DNA of 39,052 bases, taken from contig JASIEC010000140.1 in assembly GCA_030046135.1 (NCBI GenBank), positions 1 through 39,052 of the forward strand. The letters run 5' to 3'. Made by a program: the position numbers and the translations under genes. Position 1 is the first letter of the stretch; the number at the start of each line of letters is the position of its first letter. The DNA comes from Thermoplasmata archaeon (lineage in GTDB: Archaea > Thermoplasmatota > Thermoplasmata > Lutacidiplasmatales > UBA184). Under the pieces are notes generated by a model. It worked only from the letters and a program-made list of their open reading frames with translations, ran no database searches and was not told where the DNA came from. Shown piece after piece: positions 8,834 through 15,926 of this stretch.

Positions 8834-9454
8834 ATGGCAGCGGCGATTCCGGGTCCCGGCACGTGGGGGGCCTGCCCGTCGTGCGCGGCGGCCGTGCCGC
8901 CAGGCGCGACCGTCTGCCCCGAGTGCCAGGCCGACGGAACGGTCGCCGCCGCCGAGATCCGCACCGCGCCCCGGTCGACGCGCCATCGCCTCCTCGCGAT
9001 GCGCCTCCTGAGGGCGACGGCGATCGTGGCCGGGATCGCGGTCGTCGCGTGGGCGATGATCGTGCCGGCGCTGAGCGGGCCTCCGAACGTGAGCGACCCG
9101 CTCACGACCTCGGGGACGTACTCGATCGCGCCGGGAGCCTCGACCGTGCTTTCCGGGAACATCACGGGCGGCGACTACGTCGTCGGGAACTTCACCACCG
9201 TGAACCCGGCGGGGACGACGATCACGGTCGCGGTGTACAACTCGACCGAGTGGTCGCTCGTGTTCAACGGGAGCGAGGCGACCCCCGCCTGGTCGCTGGC
9301 CGCCTCGGCGTCGGGGAGGATCGTCTACTCGCCCCTCTACACCGACCTGTTCTACTTCGTCTTCTCGAACCCGTACCCGCCGTCGAGCGGGATCAACATC
9401 ACGGCGTACATCGCGACGGAGTACGAGTCGAACGTCGCGGCGGGCGGGTTCTAG
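8834..9454 (+). CDS. Hypothetical protein: N-terminal zinc ribbon, one TM helix, and a sequon-rich extracellular domain
   Basis: 206 aa. Contains CPSC...CPEC, then the TM helix LLRATAIVAGIAVVAWAMIVPAL, then a beta-rich region with 6 N-x-S/T sequons (NVS, NIT, NFT, NST, NGS, NIT). Confidence 0.65.
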   Translation: MAAAIPGPGTWGACPSCAAAVPPGATVCPECQADGTVAAAEIRTAPRSTRHRLLAMRLLRATAIVAGIAVVAWAMIVPALSGPPNVSDPLTTSGTYSIAPGASTVLSGNITGGDYVVGNFTTVNPAGTTITVAVYNSTEWSLVFNGSEATPAWSLAASASGRIVYSPLYTDLFYFVFSNPYPPSSGINITAYIATEYESNVAAGGF

Positions 9455-10125
9455 CCGGCCGGGCGCTCGGCGGCCGCCGCCGGGGCGATCGGCCCCTCGA
9501 GGCGCCGGAGCAGCTCCGCCGGGATCCGGTCGGCGAGATACACGGTCTTGCCGGCCTGCATGATCACGATCCCCTGCGACTGGGCCGCCCGGGCGTCGAT
9601 CTCGAGGATGACGGGCTCGGGGGTCCGGACCGCGCCGGCGGCCCGGGCGTCGTCGGCGGTCTTCGACAGATGGACCTTCCGCCGGTCGGACGGCTTGAGC
9701 CCGACCTCGAGGACGATCGCGGCCTCGTCCGAGGTAACCGGGTAGTAGAGCCGCTCGGGGATGTTGTCGGTCGGGAGGTCCAGATCCACCTCGATCGTGT
9801 GGGCGTACGTCGCGCGGAGACGGTCGTCGCGGACCTCGTAGCGGCCCTTCGCGTCGGTCTCCGCGATCGCGATGAGGTGCATCGGCCGCAGCCAGTGGTA
9901 CGCGGGGTGCCGCTGCGCGATCGCCCGGGCGATCGCCCCCGCGTCGATCCATCCGTGCGCATCGACCGTGAGCTGGTAGCGGTCCGGAAAATGTCGGAGG
10001 ATCCCGGTGAGGATCCGGCCCAGGTGGTCGAGCTCCCGGTCGTTCATCAGGAACCGGCCGCCCTGGCCGCACACGGGGCACGCTTCGTCTCGGAAGTACC
10101 CGTGCTGGGCGCACTCCTTCAGCAT
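9451..10125 (-). CDS. kptA: RNA 2'-phosphotransferase (Tpt1/KptA) with N-terminal Cys/His zinc-ribbon-like motif
   Basis: 224 aa. Contains ILRHFPDRY, AHGWIDA, VHLSKT, and CAQHGYF...CPVCG at the N-terminus. It lies 16 nt downstream of rpoL on the same strand. Confidence 0.9.
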   Translation of the reverse strand: MLKECAQHGYFRDEACPVCGQGGRFLMNDRELDHLGRILTGILRHFPDRYQLTVDAHGWIDAGAIARAIAQRHPAYHWLRPMHLIAIAETDAKGRYEVRDDRLRATYAHTIEVDLDLPTDNIPERLYYPVTSDEAAIVLEVGLKPSDRRKVHLSKTADDARAAGAVRTPEPVILEIDARAAQSQGIVIMQAGKTVYLADRIPAELLRRLEGPIAPAAAAERPAG

Positions 10126-10141
10126 CGTCGGGCCCCGGCCG

Positions 10142-10429
10142 TCAGGCTTTGATCTTGTCCGCCTGCTTCTCGAAGTCGGAGAGCAGATCGTCGTAGAGGT
10201 CGGTGAGGTCCTTGAGGACCCGCTTCAACACCTGCTGCGGCTTCTCGCCCTTCGTCTTGAGGTAGAGCGTCGGACGGTCGAGGTACGGATGCCCGAGGAA
10301 GTAGCGGGCCTCGACCACCTTCTCCTCCTTCTGGAGCGCCTCGACGAGCGGGATCAAGAGCGTCTCCTCCCCCTTCGGAAGCTCGACCCGGAGGAGATCG
10401 TGCTCCTTCTCAACGACCCGAAGCTCCAT
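10142..10429 (-). CDS. rpoL: DNA-directed RNA polymerase subunit L (Rpo11)
   Basis: 95 aa starting at ATG 10429 (MELRVVEKEHDLLRVELPKGEETLLIPLVEAL...ARYFLGHPYLD). The upstream part of track ORF 10142..10705 is Arg/Ala-rich shadow sequence. Confidence 0.85.
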   Translation of the reverse strand: MELRVVEKEHDLLRVELPKGEETLLIPLVEALQKEEKVVEARYFLGHPYLDRPTLYLKTKGEKPQQVLKRVLKDLTDLYDDLLSDFEKQADKIKA

Positions 10430-10466
10430 CGCCACCCGCGGGAACCGCACGAACCGACGACCGCTT

Positions 10467-10472
10467 CTTAAG
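10467..10472 (-). promoter_or_regulatory. TATA-like CTTAAG(AA) upstream of rpoL
   Basis: Centred ~39 nt upstream of ATG 10429 on the minus strand. Confidence 0.35.
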
Positions 10473-10523
10473 CGTGGCGCACGGCGCTCGAGCGCCGGAG
10501 CGGAGTCGCGTGGCCGCCGGGCC

Positions 10524-10528
10524 TTTAA
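10524..10528 (+). promoter_or_regulatory. TATA-like (C)TTTAA(C) upstream of purD
   Basis: Centred ~31 nt upstream of ATG 10557. Confidence 0.4.
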
Positions 10529-10556
10529 CCCCCGACCTTTCCGCGCCCCGGAGTCC

Positions 10557-11963
10557 ATGCGCTGGCTGGTCGTCGGCGGGGGCGCCCGCGAGCACGCGAT
10601 CGCCCTCGCGCTGGCCCGGGCGGGGGCCGAGGTCGCGGTCGCCTCCTCCCAGGCGAACCCGGGGCTCGAGCGGCTCGCCGCGATCTCGTCGCGGACGGAG
10701 CCCACGGACGCGGAGGCGGTCGTGGCGTTCGCGACGCGCGCCGGGGCCCGAGCCGCGGTCGTCGGGCCCGAGGCGCCGCTCGCCCGCGGGGTCTCCGACG
10801 CGCTGCGGGCGGCGGGCGTCCCGACGGTCGGACCCGAGCGGGAGGCCGCGCGGCTCGAGAGCTCGAAGGTCTACTGCCGCGAACTCCTCGCACGACGCGG
10901 CGTCCCGGGGCAGCCTCGGTTCGCGACGCCCACGACCCCCGAGGAGGTCGACCGCGCCGTCCCGTCGTTCGAGGGCCGGTTCGTCGTGAAACCGGACGGG
11001 CTGACGGCGGGCAAAGGGGTCCGTGTCGCGGGAGCGGATTTCGCCGACCCGCGCGAGGGCGCCGTGTACGCGAAGGCGCTGCTCGTCCAGGGCGAGCGCG
11101 TCGTCCTCGAGGAGCAGCTCGAGGGCGAGGAGTTCAGCCAGATGGCGTTCGTGACGGATTCGGGGATCTACCCGATGCCGGCCGTGCAGGACTACAAGCG
11201 GGCCCTCGAGGGCGACACGGGCGGGAACACGGGCGGCATGGGCTCGTACTCGCAGCGGGACCATCTGCTCCCGTTCCTCTCCTCGGCCGACCGGGACCGG
11301 GCCCTCGGGATCCTCGAGAAGAGCGTGGCGGCGATCCGGGCCGAGGGCCGATCGTACCGCGGGGTCCTCTACGGGGGGTTCATGATGACCGCGCGGGGAC
11401 CGTTCCTGCTCGAGCTGAACGTCCGGTTCGGAGATCCCGAGGGGATCAACGCGCTCACCCTCTACGAGGAGGGGGACTTCTCCGAGCTCCTCCTCGGCGT
11501 CGCGCAGGGGAGGGTCGACCCGAACCTCCTCCGGTTCCGGCTCCGGGCGACGGTCGTGAAGTACCTCGTGCCGCCCGGCTACGGGGGTCGGGCGACCGGC
11601 GGAGGCGTCGTCTCGCTCGACGAGGCGGCGATCGAGGCCGACGGGGTGCACGTCGTCTACGGCGCCGTGGAGGCCGCCGGCCCGGGGACCGTGCGGCTCG
11701 GGACGTCGCGCGGGCTCGCCCTCGTCGGCGAGGCGAGCGCGATCCACGAGGCGGGGACCCGGGTCGAGTCGGCGCTGCGGCACGTCTCGGGCTCGTTCTA
11801 CGTCCGCCACGACATCGGGACGGCCGCGGACCTCGAGCGCCGGCGCGAGAGGATGCGCCAGCTGCTCGCCCCGGGCGCCCGGGCCTCCCCGCTCCCGCTC
11901 AGCGTCGCGGCCCCCGACGCGCCTCCCTCGAGCGCGGGGCCGCCCGAGCAGCTCGCCGGCTGA
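10557..11963 (+). CDS. purD: Phosphoribosylamine--glycine ligase
   Basis: 468 aa. Starts MRWLVVGGGAREHAIA, has an ATP-grasp core (VVKPDGLTAGKGV, GGNTGGMGSY) and LELNVRFGDPE. Confidence 0.93.
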   Translation: MRWLVVGGGAREHAIALALARAGAEVAVASSQANPGLERLAAISSRTEPTDAEAVVAFATRAGARAAVVGPEAPLARGVSDALRAAGVPTVGPEREAARLESSKVYCRELLARRGVPGQPRFATPTTPEEVDRAVPSFEGRFVVKPDGLTAGKGVRVAGADFADPREGAVYAKALLVQGERVVLEEQLEGEEFSQMAFVTDSGIYPMPAVQDYKRALEGDTGGNTGGMGSYSQRDHLLPFLSSADRDRALGILEKSVAAIRAEGRSYRGVLYGGFMMTARGPFLLELNVRFGDPEGINALTLYEEGDFSELLLGVAQGRVDPNLLRFRLRATVVKYLVPPGYGGRATGGGVVSLDEAAIEADGVHVVYGAVEAAGPGTVRLGTSRGLALVGEASAIHEAGTRVESALRHVSGSFYVRHDIGTAADLERRRERMRQLLAPGARASPLPLSVAAPDAPPSSAGPPEQLAG

Positions 11964-12014
11964 TCGCCGCCGGGAGCAAGCGGTAAAGAGCCGCGCTCCG
12001 GTGGAGCCTCCTCC

Positions 12015-12323
12015 ATGTTCTGTCCCAACTGCAAGCGCCTGATGCGGCCGGACGGCGCCGCGCGGGTCTGGCGATGCGGCTCGTGCGGGACGACCGTCCC
12101 GCTCGGCCCGGGCAAGGAGGTCGGGCGCTCGGCGCCGACGGGCCGGGAGGTCGCCGTCGTGGAGACGCGGACCGCCACTCTCCCGAAGACGGAGGAGCTG
12201 TGCCCCAAGTGCGGCAACGGCGAGGCGTACTGGGTCCTCCGCCAGACCCGGGGCGCCGACGAGCCCGAGACGCGCATCTTCGAGTGCACGAAGTGCGGGC
12301 ACAAGTGGCGGGAGTACCAGTGA
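12015..12323 (+). CDS. tfs: Transcription factor S (TFS, RpoM-like cleavage factor)
   Basis: 102 aa. N-terminal Zn ribbon CPNC...CGSCG and C-terminal Zn ribbon CPKCG...CTKCGHKW, with the acidic loop QTRGADEPET. Confidence 0.92.
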   Translation: MFCPNCKRLMRPDGAARVWRCGSCGTTVPLGPGKEVGRSAPTGREVAVVETRTATLPKTEELCPKCGNGEAYWVLRQTRGADEPETRIFECTKCGHKWREYQ

Positions 12324-13624
12324 CGGAGCTCCCGTTCGACACCGTCGCGGGATGCCTGGTCCCCGACGCGCTCGGCCGGAAGGTCCGGCTCCGCGGCTGG
12401 CTCCTCCGTTCCCGCTCGTCGGGCGGGATCCTGTTCCTGCGCCTGCGCGACCGCACCGGGTCGATCCAGGTCACCGGCCGGCGGGACGCTCTCGGCGACG
12501 AGGCGTTCGATCGCGCGGAGCACGTCCAGGCGGAGGGGACGGTCGCCGTCGAGGGGACGGTCGCCGAGGACCGCCGGGCCCCCGAGGGCCGCGAGGTGCG
12601 GGCGGAGGCGATCCGCGTCGTCGACGCGGGGTTGCCGTTCCCCGTCTTCGCCGACCAGACGGAGGAGTTCCGCCTCGATCACCGGCACCTCGTCATCCGC
12701 TCCCAGGACCACGCCGCGACGTTCCGCCTCAAGGCGGAGCTCCTCCGGGCGTTCCGCGAGTTCCTGGACCGGGAGGAGGTGCTCGAGACGACACCCCCGA
12801 TCCTCTCGGGGAACGCCGCCGAGGGCGGGGCCGAGGCGTTCGAGATCGACTACTTCGGCCGGCGGGGGTTCCTCTCGCAGACGGCGCAGCTCTACCTCGA
12901 GGCGCTCCTCGCCCCCCACGAGCGGGTCTACGCGCTCACCCCGTCGTTCCGGGCGGAGAAGTCCCGGACGCCGCGTCACCTCACCGAGTACCTCCACCTC
13001 GAGGTGGAGCTCGCCTGGTGCGACCTGGACGGCCTCCTCGATTTCGTCGAGCGGATGATCGCGAGCGCCGTGCACGCGGTCGCCGAGCGCCGTCCGAAGG
13101 AGCTCGCCCAGCTCGGCCGGCCCCCCGAGGAGCTGCTCGCGATCCGGACGCCGTTCCCACGGCTCACCTACGCGTCGGCGATCGAGAAGCTCGCGTCCCT
13201 CGGCCTGCCGGTGACGTGGGGGAGCGACCTCGGCACCGCCGAGGAGCGGGCGCTCACGCTCGAGGAGCGGCAGCCGCTGTTCGTGACGCACTTCCCGAGG
13301 GAGCTCAAGGCGTTCTACATGCGGCGGTCGCCGACCGACCCGAGAACGGCGGAGGCGGCGGACCTCCTCGGCCCCGAGGGGTACGGCGAGATCGTCGGCG
13401 CGTCGTGCCGCGAGACCGACCTCGACAGCCTCGTCGAGAGGATCCGCGCGATGGGGGGGAACGTCGCCGACTACGAGTGGTACCTCGACCTCCGGCGCCA
13501 CGGGAACGTCCCGCACGCCGGCTTCGGGATCGGCGTGGAGCGGGTGCTGCGCTGGATGCTGCGGAGGGAGCACATCCGAGAGACGACGCCGTTCCCCCGG
13601 ACCCCCGCGCGGCTCACTCCCTGA
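12320..13624 (+). CDS. asnS: Asparagine--tRNA ligase (class IIb; AspRS less likely)
   Basis: GTG start at 12320 overlaps the tfs stop (GTGA). Motif 2 is SFRAEKSRTPRHLTEYLHLEVE and motif 3 is HAGFGIGVERVL. The DYEWYLDLRRHG segment is typical of AsnRS. The track ORF start at 12074 lies in shadow sequence inside tfs. Confidence 0.85.
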   Translation: MTELPFDTVAGCLVPDALGRKVRLRGWLLRSRSSGGILFLRLRDRTGSIQVTGRRDALGDEAFDRAEHVQAEGTVAVEGTVAEDRRAPEGREVRAEAIRVVDAGLPFPVFADQTEEFRLDHRHLVIRSQDHAATFRLKAELLRAFREFLDREEVLETTPPILSGNAAEGGAEAFEIDYFGRRGFLSQTAQLYLEALLAPHERVYALTPSFRAEKSRTPRHLTEYLHLEVELAWCDLDGLLDFVERMIASAVHAVAERRPKELAQLGRPPEELLAIRTPFPRLTYASAIEKLASLGLPVTWGSDLGTAEERALTLEERQPLFVTHFPRELKAFYMRRSPTDPRTAEAADLLGPEGYGEIVGASCRETDLDSLVERIRAMGGNVADYEWYLDLRRHGNVPHAGFGIGVERVLRWMLRREHIRETTPFPRTPARLTP

Positions 13625-13721
13625 GCCCGCGCGGGGTCGCGACGGGCCGGGGGCCCGGCCCAGCAAGGTTCAAGAGCGCGTTCGCGCCTCCTCACCTCGC
13701 TCGCCCGTCGGGAGCCGCAGC

Positions 13722-14255
13722 GTGGCAACGGAAGGCACCTCGGACCGGGGAGGGGAGCGGCCCCCCGGGGCGAACGGAAAGCCGGCGGGGGGATTCGCCG
13801 TCGAGAGGATCACCCACCTCGACGTCCCCGCGATCTGCTCGCTGTACAAGAAGGTCTGGGAAGGCGCCCCGTCCGGGCTCCCCGCCGAGCTCCTCAAAAG
13901 CTGGCAGCCGACGCCGCTCGAGTTCACGAGCCGGATGGAGGGGATCACGTACTTCTCCGCGCGGCGGGACGGTCGCCTCCTCGGGATCCTCGGCTGCGAG
14001 CTCGCCCGCGGAAGCTGCCGTCTCGTCCACCTCGCGGTCGATCCCGACGTCCGCCGGCAGGGCGTGGCGACCGCCCTCGTCGGCGGCGCCGTCGACTGGG
14101 CGCGCCGGTCGAACGTCGCGACGGTCTGGGTCGATCCGCTGGCCCGCTTCACCGCCGCGACGGCGCTGTTCCAGCACCTCGGCTTCTCGGGGGCCGGCCT
14201 CCTCCACAAGCACGAGTGGAACGAGGACGTCCAGCTGTTCGAGCGGGTGCTGTAG
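13722..14255 (+). CDS. GNAT family N-acetyltransferase
   Basis: 177 aa with a GTG start. The acetyl-CoA binding motif A context is LVHLAVDPDVRRQGVATALV, followed by LFQHLGF. Confidence 0.75.
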   Translation: MATEGTSDRGGERPPGANGKPAGGFAVERITHLDVPAICSLYKKVWEGAPSGLPAELLKSWQPTPLEFTSRMEGITYFSARRDGRLLGILGCELARGSCRLVHLAVDPDVRRQGVATALVGGAVDWARRSNVATVWVDPLARFTAATALFQHLGFSGAGLLHKHEWNEDVQLFERVL

Positions 14256-14262
14256 CGCCGGC

Positions 14263-15258
14263 TCAGCCGGCGCTCGCCCGCCGGGCCGCCTCGGCGCCGA
14301 GGCCCCGGCTCCGCAGGAGGGCCCGGAGGCGTCGGGCTCCGGCCTCGGCGCGACCGTCGCGCACCTCGCGCGCTCCTTGGGCGAGCTCCCGGGCGTCGGC
14401 GTCGGGGGTCCCTCCGCGCGCCTTCTCCTCGGCGAGCCGGTCGCCGATCTGGGCGACGTACTTCGGCAGCCGCTCGCGGAACCGGTTCTTCGCCTCCTGG
14501 CGCAGCGTCCGGATCTGCTGCTTGAGCGGTGCGAGCTTCCCGGACCGGAGGTCCTCCTCGAGCGCGGCGACGACGTCCGCCGGCTCGCCCGCCGGGACCG
14601 CGCCGAGCGCCTCGAGGTCCTTGAGGAACGCCACGAGCCGCTCGAGGTCGTCCCGGGCCTGGTCGAGGTGCCGCTCCTTGAGCGCGACGACCCGGTCCAC
14701 CTGCTGGTACGTCGTGAGCGCGTGGTCGAGCTCCCCGACGCGGGCCGAGTGGAGCGCCTCCTCGATCTGCTCGCGCTCGAGGCGGTTGTCGACCGAGTAG
14801 GCGTCGAGGCGTCCGAGCCGCGTCTCCATGCGCGCGTCCCACCGCTCGAAGGCGGTGACGATCCGCTGCTGGGCGAGCCGCTCGACGCCCCGGACGACCT
14901 CGGCCCACGGTTCCGGCGTCGTCGAGTTGGCGAGCGCTCGCTCCGCCCACGCCGGGACGCGCGGCAGGTCGATCCCGAGCGGTTGGGCGGCGTCGATCCA
15001 GACGCTCAGGCGCGCGAGTCTCCGGTGGAACTCCGCCGCGAGCGGGTTCGCCTCCGCGGCCCGGGGGACCGGCTTCGCGGCCGCGCGCGGAGGGGCGGCC
15101 GCGGGCGCCGGGGCCGGACGAGGGGGCGCGCGCGGCGCCGGGGTCGGCGCGGCGGGTTCCTCGGACGGACGCAGGAACGAGTGGCAGGAGGGGCAGAGGA
15201 GGAACTCCTCGGAGACCGTCGCGCCGCACGTCGGGCAGAGTCGGTCGTTGGGGGCCAT
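14263..15258 (-). CDS. Hypothetical protein: zinc ribbon, Pro/Ala linker, then a helical (coiled-coil-like) domain
   Basis: Contains CPTCG...CPSC, a ~40 aa PA-rich linker and a ~250 aa charged helical region. The track start is TTG 15279. I prefer ATG 15258 because a TATA-like CTTTTAG (15291-15297, minus strand) lies ~36 nt upstream of it. Confidence 0.65.
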   Translation of the reverse strand: MAPNDRLCPTCGATVSEEFLLCPSCHSFLRPSEEPAAPTPAPRAPPRPAPAPAAAPPRAAAKPVPRAAEANPLAAEFHRRLARLSVWIDAAQPLGIDLPRVPAWAERALANSTTPEPWAEVVRGVERLAQQRIVTAFERWDARMETRLGRLDAYSVDNRLEREQIEEALHSARVGELDHALTTYQQVDRVVALKERHLDQARDDLERLVAFLKDLEALGAVPAGEPADVVAALEEDLRSGKLAPLKQQIRTLRQEAKNRFRERLPKYVAQIGDRLAEEKARGGTPDADARELAQGAREVRDGRAEAGARRLRALLRSRGLGAEAARRASAG

Positions 15259-15373
15259 CGACGAGGTCGAGCCCTCCAAGGGCGGGGAGACTAAAAGCGA
15301 GGGGCTCGAGGGGCGCGCTCGCGAACCGGCCCGGCGAACGGCGCCCCGCTCCCCCCGCCGGCCGGCGAAGGAG

Positions 15374-15458
15374 TGCAGGGGGTGAGATTTGAACTCACGA
15401 ACTCCTTCGAGACCAGGACCTCAACCTGGCGCCTTTGACCAAGCTGGGCCACCCCTGC
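15374..15458 (-). tRNA. tRNA-Leu (anticodon GAG)
   Basis: Reverse complement reads GCAGGGG-TG-GCCC...; the anticodon arm is CCAGG/TTGAGGT/CCTGG. It has a long variable arm (TCTCGAAGGAGTTC), T arm GTGAG/TTCAAAT/CTCAC, 3' acceptor strand CCCCTGC and discriminator A. CCA is not encoded. Confidence 0.9.
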
Positions 15459-15485
15459 ACGACCTCCGGCGCGTACGGGGGTCGG

Positions 15486-15493
15486 ACAATAAC
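15486..15493 (-). promoter_or_regulatory. TATA-like GTTATTGT upstream of tRNA-Leu
   Basis: Centred ~32 nt upstream of the mature tRNA 5' end at 15458. It is the only AT-rich patch in the tRNA-Leu/alba spacer. Confidence 0.45.
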
Positions 15494-15578
15494 CCTTGCG
15501 AACGCCGAGGCTCGGGGGCCCGCGCGCGCGGGAGGGGCGGACAAACGACTTGTAGGCGAGCGGGGGTGACGCGGCCCC

Positions 15579-15926
15579 ATGAGCGACGAGCGAGCCGACG
15601 GGGCCACCGTGTTCATCGGGCAGAAGCCCACGATGACCTACGTCTTCCAGGTGGTCACCCAGCTCAACTCGGGCGTCGGGCCCGTCGTCGTCAAGGCCCG
15701 CGGGAACGCGATCGGCCGCGCGGTCGACGTCGCCGAGGTCGTGCGCCACCGGTTCCTCGACGGCCAGGTCGAGATCGGGCGGATCACGATCGAGACGGAG
15801 CGCCTCACGAACCGCGAGGGCCGCGACGCCAACGTCTCGTCGATCTCGATCCCGCTCACGCGGACGGGGGCGCCGCTCCCTCTCCCGACGGAGGGGGGAC
15901 CGTCGCCGGACGATCCTCCGGAATAG
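15579..15926 (+). CDS. albA: Alba chromatin/RNA-binding protein, with a ~20 aa Pro-rich C-terminal extension
   Basis: 115 aa containing VFIGQKPTMTYVFQVVTQL...VVVKARGNAIGRAVDVAEVV. The SD-like GGGGGTGA lies ~8 nt upstream of the ATG. Confidence 0.9.
   Translation: MSDERADGATVFIGQKPTMTYVFQVVTQLNSGVGPVVVKARGNAIGRAVDVAEVVRHRFLDGQVEIGRITIETERLTNREGRDANVSSISIPLTRTGAPLPLPTEGGPSPDDPPE

Noticed and set aside
9451-10125. The N-terminal Cys/His zinc-ribbon-like extension of KptA as a novel fusion
   Set aside because: From memory, other archaeal (for example haloarchaeal) KptA proteins carry a similar C..HG.F....CP.CG N-terminus, so it is probably a normal lineage feature. This is unverified without a database search.
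7258-13666. Other long shadow ORFs: 7258..9165(-), 8654..10114(-), 8863..10152(+), 10410..12302(-), 11798..13666(-). Similar ones elsewhere: 13670..15229, 27215..29092, 28871..30763, 30159..32018, 25240..26904
   Set aside because: All are Arg/Pro/Gly/Glu-rich and lack motifs. All overlap genes with strong family signatures in another frame or strand.
12352-15294. 980-aa plus-strand ORF across asnS, the GNAT gene and the zinc-ribbon gene
   Set aside because: It is Arg/Pro/Gly-rich with no domains. It is out of frame with asnS, whose class II motifs are unambiguous.
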